From: a virus | Length of the DNA stretch: 64,000 nt | Virus record (IMG/VR): IMGVR_UViG_3300023184_000082 | Span: 15,892-79,891 of that record | Direction: 5' to 3' (one strand) | In this document: in pieces, positions 46,505-56,524 of the stretch | Numbering within the stretch: the first letter of the stretch is position 1 | How the letters are laid out: each line of letters begins with the position of its first letter | Notes under the pieces: generated by a model | What the model was told of the DNA's origin: nothing | The model's input: the letters and a program-made list of their open reading frames with translations, nothing else | The model's database searches: none | Position numbers and translations under genes: made by a program

Positions 46505-49500
46505 ATGCCACCAAAGACGATGTCTGGAGACTCATTTGCCGATCAGGCGCTCGGTGGACAATCGGCGTTATCGGGAATTGGTCAGCGAAGTGTTCATCAT
46601 GATGCCACGCCATCCATGGTGTACGCGAGTGTCGTTGCGGTAAATTACGCAACACATTCCATTGATTGTGTCGGGATGGGATCGGTTCTCAATAACCGCT
46701 TCAACAATGTTGCCGTACTGTCCTCTTCGTTTACCAGCAAGGACGGAACGACAAATCTCCCGGTGATCAAGCGCCCAAGCGGATCGAGGGATCTCGACGC
46801 GACAAATCCTAGCAACGAGATTGACGCAATTGCCGTTCTGGTTTTTGCGCAAAATGATCCAACAAAACCTGTCTGCATAGGATTCCTGTACCCCAAGGAG
46901 CAAGGAGAAGTTCTTTTTGCGGAAGAAGGACTTTCCATAAACAGGCACAACAGCAACGTCTATGAGCGACTGGATAGCAAGGGGAACTGGGAATTCGTTT
47001 TCCCTGATTCAACCTACATGAAAATTGCCCGTACGGATGAGCTTCCCGACATTACCAATCTGACCGCCAAGAATGCAAACAATCCAAGAAGAAAATGGCA
47101 GATTGATTATGATCACGACCGCATGATCATCCTCTCCCATGCGTTCGGATCGCAGTTGCGACTAGGCAAGGACGGGCTTGGAATCATCGGGGCGCGTCGC
47201 GATGGAGTAATTGATCCCGCATCGGGTCTGCCAATCAGCACCCAGAACCTTTCATGGTCATTCAATAGCGACGGATCCATCGTTTCAAACTTCACATCAC
47301 TCTCTTGGACAACTCCGAACGGATCAACGTACAACATCGACAAGGATGGGAACATCGTTACCAACATGTCGTTGACGGTAAACAATTCCTTTACCGTCAC
47401 TGGAACAACGAATCTTCCATTTGAAACCTATGTCGATGGAAAGCGGATTGATCTGCTGATCTCCGAGATTGCAAAATGGTACACGGAAAATCATCATCAT
47501 CAATATTATGACAAGTATGGAGAAGGATCGACAGATACCCGATGGACAGATGGCGTGGAGATCACCGACACGCTGACCATTTCTCCTGCCAGCGGAGCCA
47601 CCACTGGAGGAACCACTGCCGGAGGAACCACTGCGGATACAGGAACTGGCACTGCAGGAACTGGCACTGCATCCTTGCAGCTTTCAGTTGGCATTGAACC
47701 GTCAAAGATCCTGTTTGATCTGGTAAGCAGCGAAGGAACATCGGAGTTTGCAGCGCATGCGGATCACGTGCATGGACTTGATGCCCCAGCCACTCCCACG
47801 CCTCTCACCGTCCTTGTTCCCGGTCTTGCTGGCGAAAGCTCAACTCCTGCACGAAGTGATCACAAGCACGAACTGATTGATGTCGCAGGATTGAAGGTTC
47901 CCAACATCTTCACCGCTTTCAACACATTTCAGGCGGGGATACAAGTCACATCGGCAAGCCTGTCCGTAGCATCACGCTGGATGGGAGCCACGGAGAATGG
48001 TGCTCCGGCGACGGGAACGTACAGCAAGGGTGATTTCGTCGTCGATGTAGCAGGATCGTTTTGGATCTGTACTGCCCCAGGCACACCAGGGACGTGGGTG
48101 CAGGCAGGAGGTGGATCAGGATCCGGAGTGGGATCCGTTTCCTATGGGTTGGGAGCCAACAAGATATCGCGAGTTTCAACTGGAGGATCCACGGCAACCA
48201 CAACCGTCTCCCGATCCGATCATGTGCACGAAATCGACGCAACATTTGGCGACATCTCGGGACTGCCATCGGAAATTCGTCCCGGAGCAACACAAAGCAT
48301 GGGAGGATCTCTCACAAGAACCGTTTCAAGGTCGGATCATATCCATGCATCCCCTCGCTTCTGGCCTCCAGAAGTTCATGACATTGCCGGGGAATTCCAC
48401 AGGGGAACCTTGGTTCTGCCGCAGTTCACCGATGGACTTATCACGCCCGAAAAGCTTTCCTTTGATCCGGCAACACAAGCCGAATTGGATGCTCATGCAA
48501 ATGACACGGCAAAACACGGGGGAGCTGCAGCTTCCCCCGGAATGGTGTCGTACCTACTCAAGGGAACCACGATCAATGCCACATCGCCAGTAATACTCAC
48601 AAGCGACGCGATGCCAACTCCCTCAGCAACGAACATGATTGTGATTGCCGAGAAGTCGGTATGGTCCTACAATATTGTCATCACGGCAAATTCATTTTCC
48701 GGAGTGTTTGGCGGAAGATGGACGGTCACTGGAAGCGTGAAGAGAAATGAAGCCGTAGCAACTACCACGCTCGTTGGAGATCCAAGTATTGATTCCTACT
48801 TCGATGATCAAATCAAGGATGTCTCTTTCTCGATAGGGGTCAATAACACCACACTGGGGGCGCTGCAAATCTCTGTAGTCGGACTTCCGGTCACGGAGAT
48901 AACGTGGTCAGCAATAGTAACCCTGTATGGCCTGAACTCTCCTGCGGCCATACTCGCCAATCAAACATATGATCCAGCAACACAGGCTGAATTAGACGCA
49001 CATGCAAATGATACGATAAAACATGGGGGAGTATCTGCCCCCGGCATGGCGGCGTATGCGCTCAAGGGAACCACGAACAATGGCACGTATCCGGTGATCC
49101 TCACGAGTGATTCAACTGGAGTTCCCACGTCAACAAACATGATCGTCATCACTCCGAATTCAGTGTGGTCCTACAATATCGTGATCACGGCAAATTCATT
49201 GTCCGGCCAATTTGGCGGAAGATGGACGGTTACCGGAAGCGTGAAAAGAAACTTCTTTGTGGTCACCACCGCGCTTGTCGGAGACCCGAGCATTGATTCC
49301 TACTTTGATGATCAGATAAAGGATGTTTCCTTCTCCATAGGTGTCGACAACACCACGCTGGGGGCGCTGCAAATCTCGGTGGTCGGGCTTCCGGTCACGG
49401 ACATCACATGGTCTGCAATAGTGACCCTGTATGGCCTGAACTCTCCCGCTGCAGTCATCACCAACGGAGGCGGCGGATCATTCGGTAGTGGAGGATCGCA

Positions 49501-49948
49501 AACCGGATATGGAAGATTCACGTTTGCATCCGGGAAATTTGTTACGGATGGAGATTCGCAGTATGGAATGCAAGTCCTGCGCGGGGTTACCACAACGAAC
49601 AATTCCGTCACATTGACCGCGGATGGCCTTGCCGCAACCAATCAGAACATTCCCATCATGAAAAACGCCAGTTCGTGGATGTTTGAAGCAAAGATCGTCG
49701 GAAACAGTGGCGGAACCGCATCGACAATGTGGGCGCTCACAGGCTTGGCGAGGCGCGGGATGTCGGCTGGATCAACAACTGTGGTAGGCATCCTCGACAT
49801 CAAATCAACTTCCGACGCTGCGCTAGAAGCCGTTGTCGTGTCTGTAGAAGCGGATACGATCAACGGTGGATTAGCGATGGTCGTAACCGGTGTCCTTGCA
49901 AAAGAGATCCATTGGGTAGCCGCTGTGCAAAGCGTGGAAGTTTTGTAG
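46505..49948 (+). CDS. baseplate central spike (gp5/gpV-like) fused to fibre-like domains
   Basis: N-terminal OB-fold pattern VYASVVAVNY...AVLVFAQNDPTKPVCIGFL, beta-rich stem, HHH apex motif, four DHxH repeats, and three copies of a C-terminal beta domain. Confidence 0.7.
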   Translation: MPPKTMSGDSFADQALGGQSALSGIGQRSVHHDATPSMVYASVVAVNYATHSIDCVGMGSVLNNRFNNVAVLSSSFTSKDGTTNLPVIKRPSGSRDLDATNPSNEIDAIAVLVFAQNDPTKPVCIGFLYPKEQGEVLFAEEGLSINRHNSNVYERLDSKGNWEFVFPDSTYMKIARTDELPDITNLTAKNANNPRRKWQIDYDHDRMIILSHAFGSQLRLGKDGLGIIGARRDGVIDPASGLPISTQNLSWSFNSDGSIVSNFTSLSWTTPNGSTYNIDKDGNIVTNMSLTVNNSFTVTGTTNLPFETYVDGKRIDLLISEIAKWYTENHHHQYYDKYGEGSTDTRWTDGVEITDTLTISPASGATTGGTTAGGTTADTGTGTAGTGTASLQLSVGIEPSKILFDLVSSEGTSEFAAHADHVHGLDAPATPTPLTVLVPGLAGESSTPARSDHKHELIDVAGLKVPNIFTAFNTFQAGIQVTSASLSVASRWMGATENGAPATGTYSKGDFVVDVAGSFWICTAPGTPGTWVQAGGGSGSGVGSVSYGLGANKISRVSTGGSTATTTVSRSDHVHEIDATFGDISGLPSEIRPGATQSMGGSLTRTVSRSDHIHASPRFWPPEVHDIAGEFHRGTLVLPQFTDGLITPEKLSFDPATQAELDAHANDTAKHGGAAASPGMVSYLLKGTTINATSPVILTSDAMPTPSATNMIVIAEKSVWSYNIVITANSFSGVFGGRWTVTGSVKRNEAVATTTLVGDPSIDSYFDDQIKDVSFSIGVNNTTLGALQISVVGLPVTEITWSAIVTLYGLNSPAAILANQTYDPATQAELDAHANDTIKHGGVSAPGMAAYALKGTTNNGTYPVILTSDSTGVPTSTNMIVITPNSVWSYNIVITANSLSGQFGGRWTVTGSVKRNFFVVTTALVGDPSIDSYFDDQIKDVSFSIGVDNTTLGALQISVVGLPVTDITWSAIVTLYGLNSPAAVITNGGGGSFGSGGSQTGYGRFTFASGKFVTDGDSQYGMQVLRGVTTTNNSVTLTADGLAATNQNIPIMKNASSWMFEAKIVGNSGGTASTMWALTGLARRGMSAGSTTVVGILDIKSTSDAALEAVVVSVEADTINGGLAMVVTGVLAKEIHWVAAVQSVEVL
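48464..49453 (+). repeat. tandem ~165-aa domain duplication (period 507 nt)
   Basis: DPATQAELDAHANDT...LYGLNSPAA begins at 48464 and at 48971, with high identity between copies. Confidence 0.95.
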
Positions 49949-49983
49949 AAATCTATATAATATTCTCTATAAGGGGTAGATAA

Positions 49984-50613
49984 ATGCCAACGGTATCAAC
50001 AGGCAAGGCGCAATACGTATTGTCAATCCCGCTTGGGGTAACGCAATCAGTCTTGGCAGGAAGCAATACGCCGACAAGATATGTGGGCGCGACAACATCC
50101 GGGCCTCCTGCACAAAATGGCAAGTACTCAGTCGGTGATTTCGTTATTGATCTATCAGGCAAAATACATATCTGCCACACTGCCGGATCCGATTCCAGCC
50201 CAGGATTATGGCACACACTGGCATCGAACTCCAAGAAAATTTACGGGGTCACGACAACAAATATCGAGCGAACGCTAACCCTTGATGGAACCGCAACAGC
50301 AACATCAGCCAATAGCTTGCTCATACCTCAGGCAACTGCGATGTTTACGAATATCACCGTTGTCGCATCCAATGCAGGATCATCAGCTGCTTTGTGGAAA
50401 GTTTCGGCACTTTTCAAGCGACAATCAGCGGCATCTACTTCCGCACTCGTTGGGTTATCAAATTTTGAAATCGTGGCCGATCCTGATTTTTCTTCTACCT
50501 ATGTGGACATAGATGCAGACACTACACTTGGAAGTATAAAATTGACAGTAATGGGAATCGCGAATATGTCCGTCACTTGGACTGCAATCGTAGACATTGT
50601 CGGAGGAACATAG
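49984..50613 (+). CDS. tail fibre/baseplate accessory protein
   Basis: Shares RYVGAT..GP...YSVGDFVID..G...IC with the spike, plus the common C-terminal domain ending WTAIV. Confidence 0.7.
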   Translation: MPTVSTGKAQYVLSIPLGVTQSVLAGSNTPTRYVGATTSGPPAQNGKYSVGDFVIDLSGKIHICHTAGSDSSPGLWHTLASNSKKIYGVTTTNIERTLTLDGTATATSANSLLIPQATAMFTNITVVASNAGSSAALWKVSALFKRQSAASTSALVGLSNFEIVADPDFSSTYVDIDADTTLGSIKLTVMGIANMSVTWTAIVDIVGGT

Positions 50614-50614
50614 T

Positions 50615-51190
50615 ATGGCACGGTTACCGGGAAGAACATCAGAGACAACCATTGCGAACGTATTAAGCGTAAATTCGAACGGCACCAATGCGGTATCATC
50701 AAGTAGCGGCATTGTGAAGGGGAAAGTGTCCATTGGTTCGACCATGTTTGCGTCAACTGCAGGCACCAGTCAATTTGGCATATACAATCTTGCTTGCTTT
50801 ACTGATAATAACACGGAAAAAACCATGACGACGGACTGGGTTGACACCACTATTTCCGTTCCCAGCACTGCCAACCAGATATATATTCCAGCAGGCAAAA
50901 TCTATTCATTCAATATCGTGGCAAATGCAAACATAGCAAATAATTCTACAGGAACATATTACGCAACTCAATCGGCAACATTCATTGTGTCGGGACTCGT
51001 AAAACAGTCAACATCTGGCGTTTGCGAACTCATTGGAAACCCAAAATCATCAACCAAATCAAGCGGAAGCCTTTCTGCATTGGGATTTTCCGTTGCTTTC
51101 CAAGCACAAGTGATTGCTCTTAAAGTAACAGGATTATTGAACAAGGCAATACGATGGTCTGCTACGGCAACGATAAACGAAACCGGATAA
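50615..51190 (+). CDS. tail fibre/baseplate accessory protein
   Basis: Start ATG 50615 after GGAGG. Consists mainly of the shared domain (GTSQFGIYNL...NQIYIP...IRWSAT). Confidence 0.7.
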   Translation: MARLPGRTSETTIANVLSVNSNGTNAVSSSSGIVKGKVSIGSTMFASTAGTSQFGIYNLACFTDNNTEKTMTTDWVDTTISVPSTANQIYIPAGKIYSFNIVANANIANNSTGTYYATQSATFIVSGLVKQSTSGVCELIGNPKSSTKSSGSLSALGFSVAFQAQVIALKVTGLLNKAIRWSATATINETG

Positions 51191-51211
51191 TGTACGCAAA
51201 GGAAAATAAAA

Positions 51212-54200
51212 ATGGCAAACATTCAACTTTTGGCAATCAATAGGACGACGCAAGACTCAACAGTAATCAATCCGGATAGTGATGCGTCTACAGGGCTAAA
51301 GATTTCTACATGGTCAGCCCCGGCTGGGGATGAAGCGTACGGATTGCAAGTTGCCTTGCCAACGGTAACGGGCGGCGCATCCAATGCCTATTCCATTTAT
51401 TCGGAAGGCCCCATGTCATTCAAGGATAGCCTTGGGAAGATCATCCTTTCCACTGTGGGTACGACGAACAACTCATCCTATACGTTAAGTTTGCCGAGAC
51501 AGACATCAACACTTGCGACGATAGATGATGTCATTGCCGCCAGAAACGGCCTTGATGTCCATGATTCAGTGCGGGTAGCTACAACTGCAGAAATTCCGTG
51601 GGCCACTGTAGTCAATTATGCTGGTCAATCAATACTCAGCGCTGGTGCACCATCCGTATCATCAGCATGGGATCCTTCGACGACTGGTGTCTCCCCAACT
51701 CCAAAGCCTTTTATTTTTGCCCAAAGAATGAATCCGGGCAAAAATGGGAGTGGATTGAGAATAGTTATCAGCCAAGTGGATAACTCTGGAAGAATTACAG
51801 GAGCATCAGTAGCCACTGGTAATGCGGGAAGTAACTACAAGAACGGCGACATGACCAATGTGACAGCGTTTTCTACAAACGGAAACGGTACGCTCAATGC
51901 AACAGGAACGGCTGCTAATTACGCAGCAAATCCAAATCCAACCTTTGGGACAATAGCAAATCCGCTGACTGCAACGAACGGCACACAGTGGATTGTTTTT
52001 GTAGATTCAAACACCGGAGCAGCAGCTTATAATATTCTAAGTGGATACATAATTCCGGCGGGAGTCGGGGATTTCATGAACCCGGGAGTCAACAGGGCTG
52101 GGAATGATACCGAGTATTCCGTGACTATCAGAGGAAGTTCCCTTGGCGGAACTGATGCCTCAAATGACTTGACATTTTATCCCGAGTTTCAACCATCAAT
52201 TATTCGGGTCGATCCCGTATCATCAGGAACTCCTGCGTATTTCTTGGTAACCAAAACCCTGAACGGGGCGGTTTCTGGCATTCAACTTATCCATGGTGGT
52301 TCTGGATTCACTCAGGATAGCGCTATTACTTGGGCTACAACCAACATAAACGGTCATTTGGCTGCTCACAAGACCGCAACAGCTGGAATCAACACGGTGC
52401 TGGGTATGGTTGTTGGGACCGATCCATCAGCAATCCGCAGGGTGTGGTTTATAAAAGATGCTTTCAAATCATCAAGCGTGGCGGTACTCGGTACTCCATA
52501 CTATCCAAAACCACTCAATGGGTATGGAATGTACGTCAACTACACCACAGACGCTTCCGGAATTGTAACGAACATAAGCCTTGTTAACGCGGGTACCGGA
52601 TATTTGACCAATGACCTCGTGCATACAGGTGCAGGGATACCACAGCCTATCCAGCATGGCGTTTCCACCGGAAAGATGAATTTTAGTCTAGACATGCCAG
52701 AAGGAAGAGGTGTTACCGGCTCGATCAACATTACCGGCGGCGTACCGGGTATCAGCACTACGATAGCCGTTACTACTGGTGGAACTGCGGGAAACAACGC
52801 TACTTCAAATGTTACGAGCAAGACGTTTTCGAATGTTGCTTGTACCATTGCTAATGTAACCGATACCACTGGAAGATTTACTGTTCACACAACAGCAAGC
52901 AACGCGCCATACAGCGATAGCAATACAAAAATAGTCGTTGTTGTTCCACCAACGGGTGCAGCAAGCGTTGGTGGGGGAGCAACAACCATAAAAATTCTGG
53001 GAACAGCTCTTGGGGCAAGCACTCCAGCTGGAGATTTGACTTTTACCTATACAAAAACAAATAACACAACCATCAGCGTTTTAACTGGAGGACTTGGATT
53101 CACGCCAAATACGACCACGACGACGCCTGTGTCAATTTCTCCTGGAACCGATCTGCCGATGATGTGGTATCTGCCTAGCCCAGACAGTGATACGTCTTAT
53201 CATACGATAGTGGAATGTGCTGTTTCTCCGTGGGCCAGCCCAGATATCTATTTTGAGGGGGCAACAGCTGTCTGGAAAAATGCCTCAACTATAGATCCTT
53301 TTGTGTTGTCTTCAAGATCCGCATTCCCTGGATCTGGATTGCAATTGACTGTGAATTCATCCTCCGTTGCATCTATAGTACCCGGTGGGGGTGGGGACTG
53401 GTATCGAAGTGGAGACAAGATCTATCTGCACAGGGTAGGGACGGGGCCGTGTGTTACGGTAACTCAAATAGATGATTTTCGAGGCATAGGAAAAGGTCCG
53501 GCTTTAAACGTATCACCAACGACCGGCGGCACGGTGACATCAGGGGACTTGCCTTTACCCTCTTCGTTTTCAGCGCCTTTTCTCGCAACAGGAAATCTCA
53601 ATAATACTGGTTCCTTTACCATTCCGATATCCATACCAAGCGCATATACAAATTCCGTCTCCATCATTTCCACTGTATCCGGATACAAATCAAATTATTT
53701 TTCTTCTCCAGCAGGCGTCGGCATAGCAAAAAGTGTTACTGCCGATCTGGGACATTATTTTCAGATTGCATTGCATGATGCCGCTCCAACTGATTTTGCC
53801 ACAAAGACAACATGGACTTGGACCGGCCCTCTCTCGGAAGGAATTAATCAAGCAACTGGGTTCTCAGAACGGCCAACCGCAACGTTGTCTGGTTTCATAA
53901 AACCCAGTGGACCACCAAGCGCTCAAATAGATGGTGTCACTGTACAAGAAAACAACCGCATGCTGATCAAGAATCAGGCAAATGCGGCAACGAATGGTAT
54001 TTACGTTCCAACTTACGCAAAGTTGAATCCATATGTTTTTCAATATACTCGTGCTAGCGATTTCAATTCGTCTGTTGCCACAACACTCGGGGCAGAAGTG
54101 AGTCCAAACGCTTTCGTGTTTGTTGAGGAAGGCACAGCAAACAAGGACACCGGATGGACATGCACGACCGATGCTCCGATCACGTTGGGAACCAGCGATA

Positions 54201-56515
54201 TCATCTGGGCAAAGTTTACCGGAGCCAGCGGCGTTGCGGAAGATCAAACGTCTGTAAACTGGACCGGAACCCACACCTTTTCCTCTGGCAATGGCCTTAA
54301 ATACACGTACTTTGGTGATGGAAAAAATTGGATTTATCCCACCAACACGTATCTTGAACTTCATTCGGATTTGGTACTCAAGTTGAGTGCCAACAACGCC
54401 GATCCCACCACAAGGATGAACCTAGGCAGCAACGGAGTAGACAATATTTTTGGCTCTACGACGGCGGCAAATGCATTTGAAATGAAATTCATTCGGACAA
54501 AAGGCGGGACCGCAGACACGTATGCGTCTGTTTCTGGCGGAGACACATTAGGAAAACTCAGCTTCAAGGGATATACGGGAACTTTAGTCGCAAACACATT
54601 GGAAGCAGCAAGCATCGTTGCAACAGCAAAAGGCTCTGTTGCGCCAACATTGCTAGGTGGCAGCCTTTCATTCCTTACCACTCCATCTATAGCTGGCGCC
54701 ACGTCTCAAGAAAGGCTTCGCATAGACGAAGTAGGAGCCGTAACCATATACGGCGTCAGTGCAAATGAAAATAATGTCGCTGGTATTGCAAATCTTTTAA
54801 CCAACGTTACAACAGGAAGCGTCAATCTATTCACTTCTGTTACAAATGCCGACAATGGAATAAAAATTGGAGGCACAAGTTCCCAAGTAACTATCGGCAC
54901 TACTGACGGAAACTCCTCGCTAAACATAAGGGGTTCAACTGCTGCAACCCTCACGACCAATGCGGCAACAGGGTATTTGTTTAATACATCCGCTACCTCC
55001 ATAAGTCTTGGTGGATCTGCCACGGCCATCACGATGGGATCTTCGCTTGCCCAATCTGTAGTAACAATCAACAATCCCACAGTAACAATGGCAAATGGTG
55101 GGACATTCAATATGAACGGGTCGGATCAGGTCATTGAGACGACTGGCTCTGGTGCTGCGTCCATTTTTAATGGAGCGTCACTTGCAACAGGGAATCTGTT
55201 TGGCAAAACAACTGCAATAACCATTGGGTCTGGAAAGATTCCGGGAACTACGACAAATCCGCAAAAGGTGGGCATTGGGGCAACAACACTCAATGTTGCG
55301 CCAACTGCACAATTGATTAGTACTGCCGTCACATCAACCGCACCGACAGTCTCGTTACTGTATGGGTACACCGCTGTGTACCCAGATACCTCAGAGTCCA
55401 TCATTGTTCCGATAACAAGTGCCGTGGTAACTACTGTTAGCGCCACTCCCACCACACGGTTAATTCTTCCATCTGTAGTTGGATCTGCAACTGGATATAA
55501 TTTCTATAGAAGGACGACTGGAGCATCTGATCCTTGGCTCAAACTCAACTCGACGCCACAGACCTTTCCGAATACGGCAGGAACGGGATTGACTGTCACG
55601 ACCACAGTAACGTCAGGTGGAATCGCCACGGCCACAGTAATTGCTGCAGGCTCGGGATATCTTGGCGGCCAGAGCGGAACATTGTATTTCACTGTGGCAA
55701 CTGGTGGAACTTACGCGCTTCTTTCCGTCGGTGTGACCACAAATGGTGTTCCCACTGGCGCCATTACCGTCGTGTCTGGAGGATCAGGATATACCGCCGC
55801 AGCGACGGCCACGGCAACCATCGCCTATGTGGGGTATTTTGCTGACACCATCAACTCTAGCACAACGGGTACTGTGCCCCAAGCAACACTAGCGCAACAT
55901 TCTTCTGTCATTGGTCAATCCAGTTATCAATTGGGATTTTCGGCCAACGCTTCAAACACAAGGGGAAGATTCTCTCTTGCCTCAGGTGGGTTTGCGGCAA
56001 ATGGGGCAGAAACCGTTCCCATAGCTGGATCAAGCCAAATGAGCACGTACGTGCTTTCCGCGTATACGAATGCACTAAGTCAAACGGTCACAATGACGAC
56101 CGACTGGGTTGGCACAGCTGGATCACTGCCATCAGTTTACAATCAAATCATCATCAAGCAAAACAGTACCTATGCATTCAGCATTCTGGTTTCCATTAGC
56201 GCATCCAGTGATGCGATACAAACAGGAATGGGAACTGCAGGCGCGACTATCATCACTGAAGGAGTGATATCAAGATCGACTGGCCCAGCCACCATTCAAG
56301 GTGGCTCGGTTATCTCCAGATGCCAAAGCAATCTTTTTACCACCTTAGGGTGCACTACCGCCAATGCTCCATCGATCACCCTTATTGATGGTGTTGATTC
56401 CTCGGGAATATTCGGGATACAGGCAAAATCAAATACAGGAACTACTAATACAGGAACTACTAATGCGCGTTCCTTGCGATGGACTGCAGTTGTTACAATG
56501 TCCGAGTGCGGATAG
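51212..56515 (+). CDS. long tail fibre protein (1767 aa)
   Basis: T/G/S/A-rich. GLDVHDSVRVATT...IDGVTV...RMLIKNQ...NGIY...FVEEGT fibre domain, ERLRIDEVG repeat, shared C-terminal domain. Confidence 0.8.
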   Translation: MANIQLLAINRTTQDSTVINPDSDASTGLKISTWSAPAGDEAYGLQVALPTVTGGASNAYSIYSEGPMSFKDSLGKIILSTVGTTNNSSYTLSLPRQTSTLATIDDVIAARNGLDVHDSVRVATTAEIPWATVVNYAGQSILSAGAPSVSSAWDPSTTGVSPTPKPFIFAQRMNPGKNGSGLRIVISQVDNSGRITGASVATGNAGSNYKNGDMTNVTAFSTNGNGTLNATGTAANYAANPNPTFGTIANPLTATNGTQWIVFVDSNTGAAAYNILSGYIIPAGVGDFMNPGVNRAGNDTEYSVTIRGSSLGGTDASNDLTFYPEFQPSIIRVDPVSSGTPAYFLVTKTLNGAVSGIQLIHGGSGFTQDSAITWATTNINGHLAAHKTATAGINTVLGMVVGTDPSAIRRVWFIKDAFKSSSVAVLGTPYYPKPLNGYGMYVNYTTDASGIVTNISLVNAGTGYLTNDLVHTGAGIPQPIQHGVSTGKMNFSLDMPEGRGVTGSINITGGVPGISTTIAVTTGGTAGNNATSNVTSKTFSNVACTIANVTDTTGRFTVHTTASNAPYSDSNTKIVVVVPPTGAASVGGGATTIKILGTALGASTPAGDLTFTYTKTNNTTISVLTGGLGFTPNTTTTTPVSISPGTDLPMMWYLPSPDSDTSYHTIVECAVSPWASPDIYFEGATAVWKNASTIDPFVLSSRSAFPGSGLQLTVNSSSVASIVPGGGGDWYRSGDKIYLHRVGTGPCVTVTQIDDFRGIGKGPALNVSPTTGGTVTSGDLPLPSSFSAPFLATGNLNNTGSFTIPISIPSAYTNSVSIISTVSGYKSNYFSSPAGVGIAKSVTADLGHYFQIALHDAAPTDFATKTTWTWTGPLSEGINQATGFSERPTATLSGFIKPSGPPSAQIDGVTVQENNRMLIKNQANAATNGIYVPTYAKLNPYVFQYTRASDFNSSVATTLGAEVSPNAFVFVEEGTANKDTGWTCTTDAPITLGTSDIIWAKFTGASGVAEDQTSVNWTGTHTFSSGNGLKYTYFGDGKNWIYPTNTYLELHSDLVLKLSANNADPTTRMNLGSNGVDNIFGSTTAANAFEMKFIRTKGGTADTYASVSGGDTLGKLSFKGYTGTLVANTLEAASIVATAKGSVAPTLLGGSLSFLTTPSIAGATSQERLRIDEVGAVTIYGVSANENNVAGIANLLTNVTTGSVNLFTSVTNADNGIKIGGTSSQVTIGTTDGNSSLNIRGSTAATLTTNAATGYLFNTSATSISLGGSATAITMGSSLAQSVVTINNPTVTMANGGTFNMNGSDQVIETTGSGAASIFNGASLATGNLFGKTTAITIGSGKIPGTTTNPQKVGIGATTLNVAPTAQLISTAVTSTAPTVSLLYGYTAVYPDTSESIIVPITSAVVTTVSATPTTRLILPSVVGSATGYNFYRRTTGASDPWLKLNSTPQTFPNTAGTGLTVTTTVTSGGIATATVIAAGSGYLGGQSGTLYFTVATGGTYALLSVGVTTNGVPTGAITVVSGGSGYTAAATATATIAYVGYFADTINSSTTGTVPQATLAQHSSVIGQSSYQLGFSANASNTRGRFSLASGGFAANGAETVPIAGSSQMSTYVLSAYTNALSQTVTMTTDWVGTAGSLPSVYNQIIIKQNSTYAFSILVSISASSDAIQTGMGTAGATIITEGVISRSTGPATIQGGSVISRCQSNLFTTLGCTTANAPSITLIDGVDSSGIFGIQAKSNTGTTNTGTTNARSLRWTAVVTMSECG

Positions 56516-56524
56516 GAGTAACTC

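Noticed and set aside
47600-47671. Short tandem repeats GGAACCACTGC/GGAACTGGCACTGCA
   Set aside because: They encode a T/G/A flexible linker in the spike and are not an independent element.
34232-49948. Extracellular contractile injection system or tailocin (two tube genes plus sheath)
   Set aside because: Capsid, scaffold, prohead protease and neck genes are in the same module, so this is a phage virion cluster.
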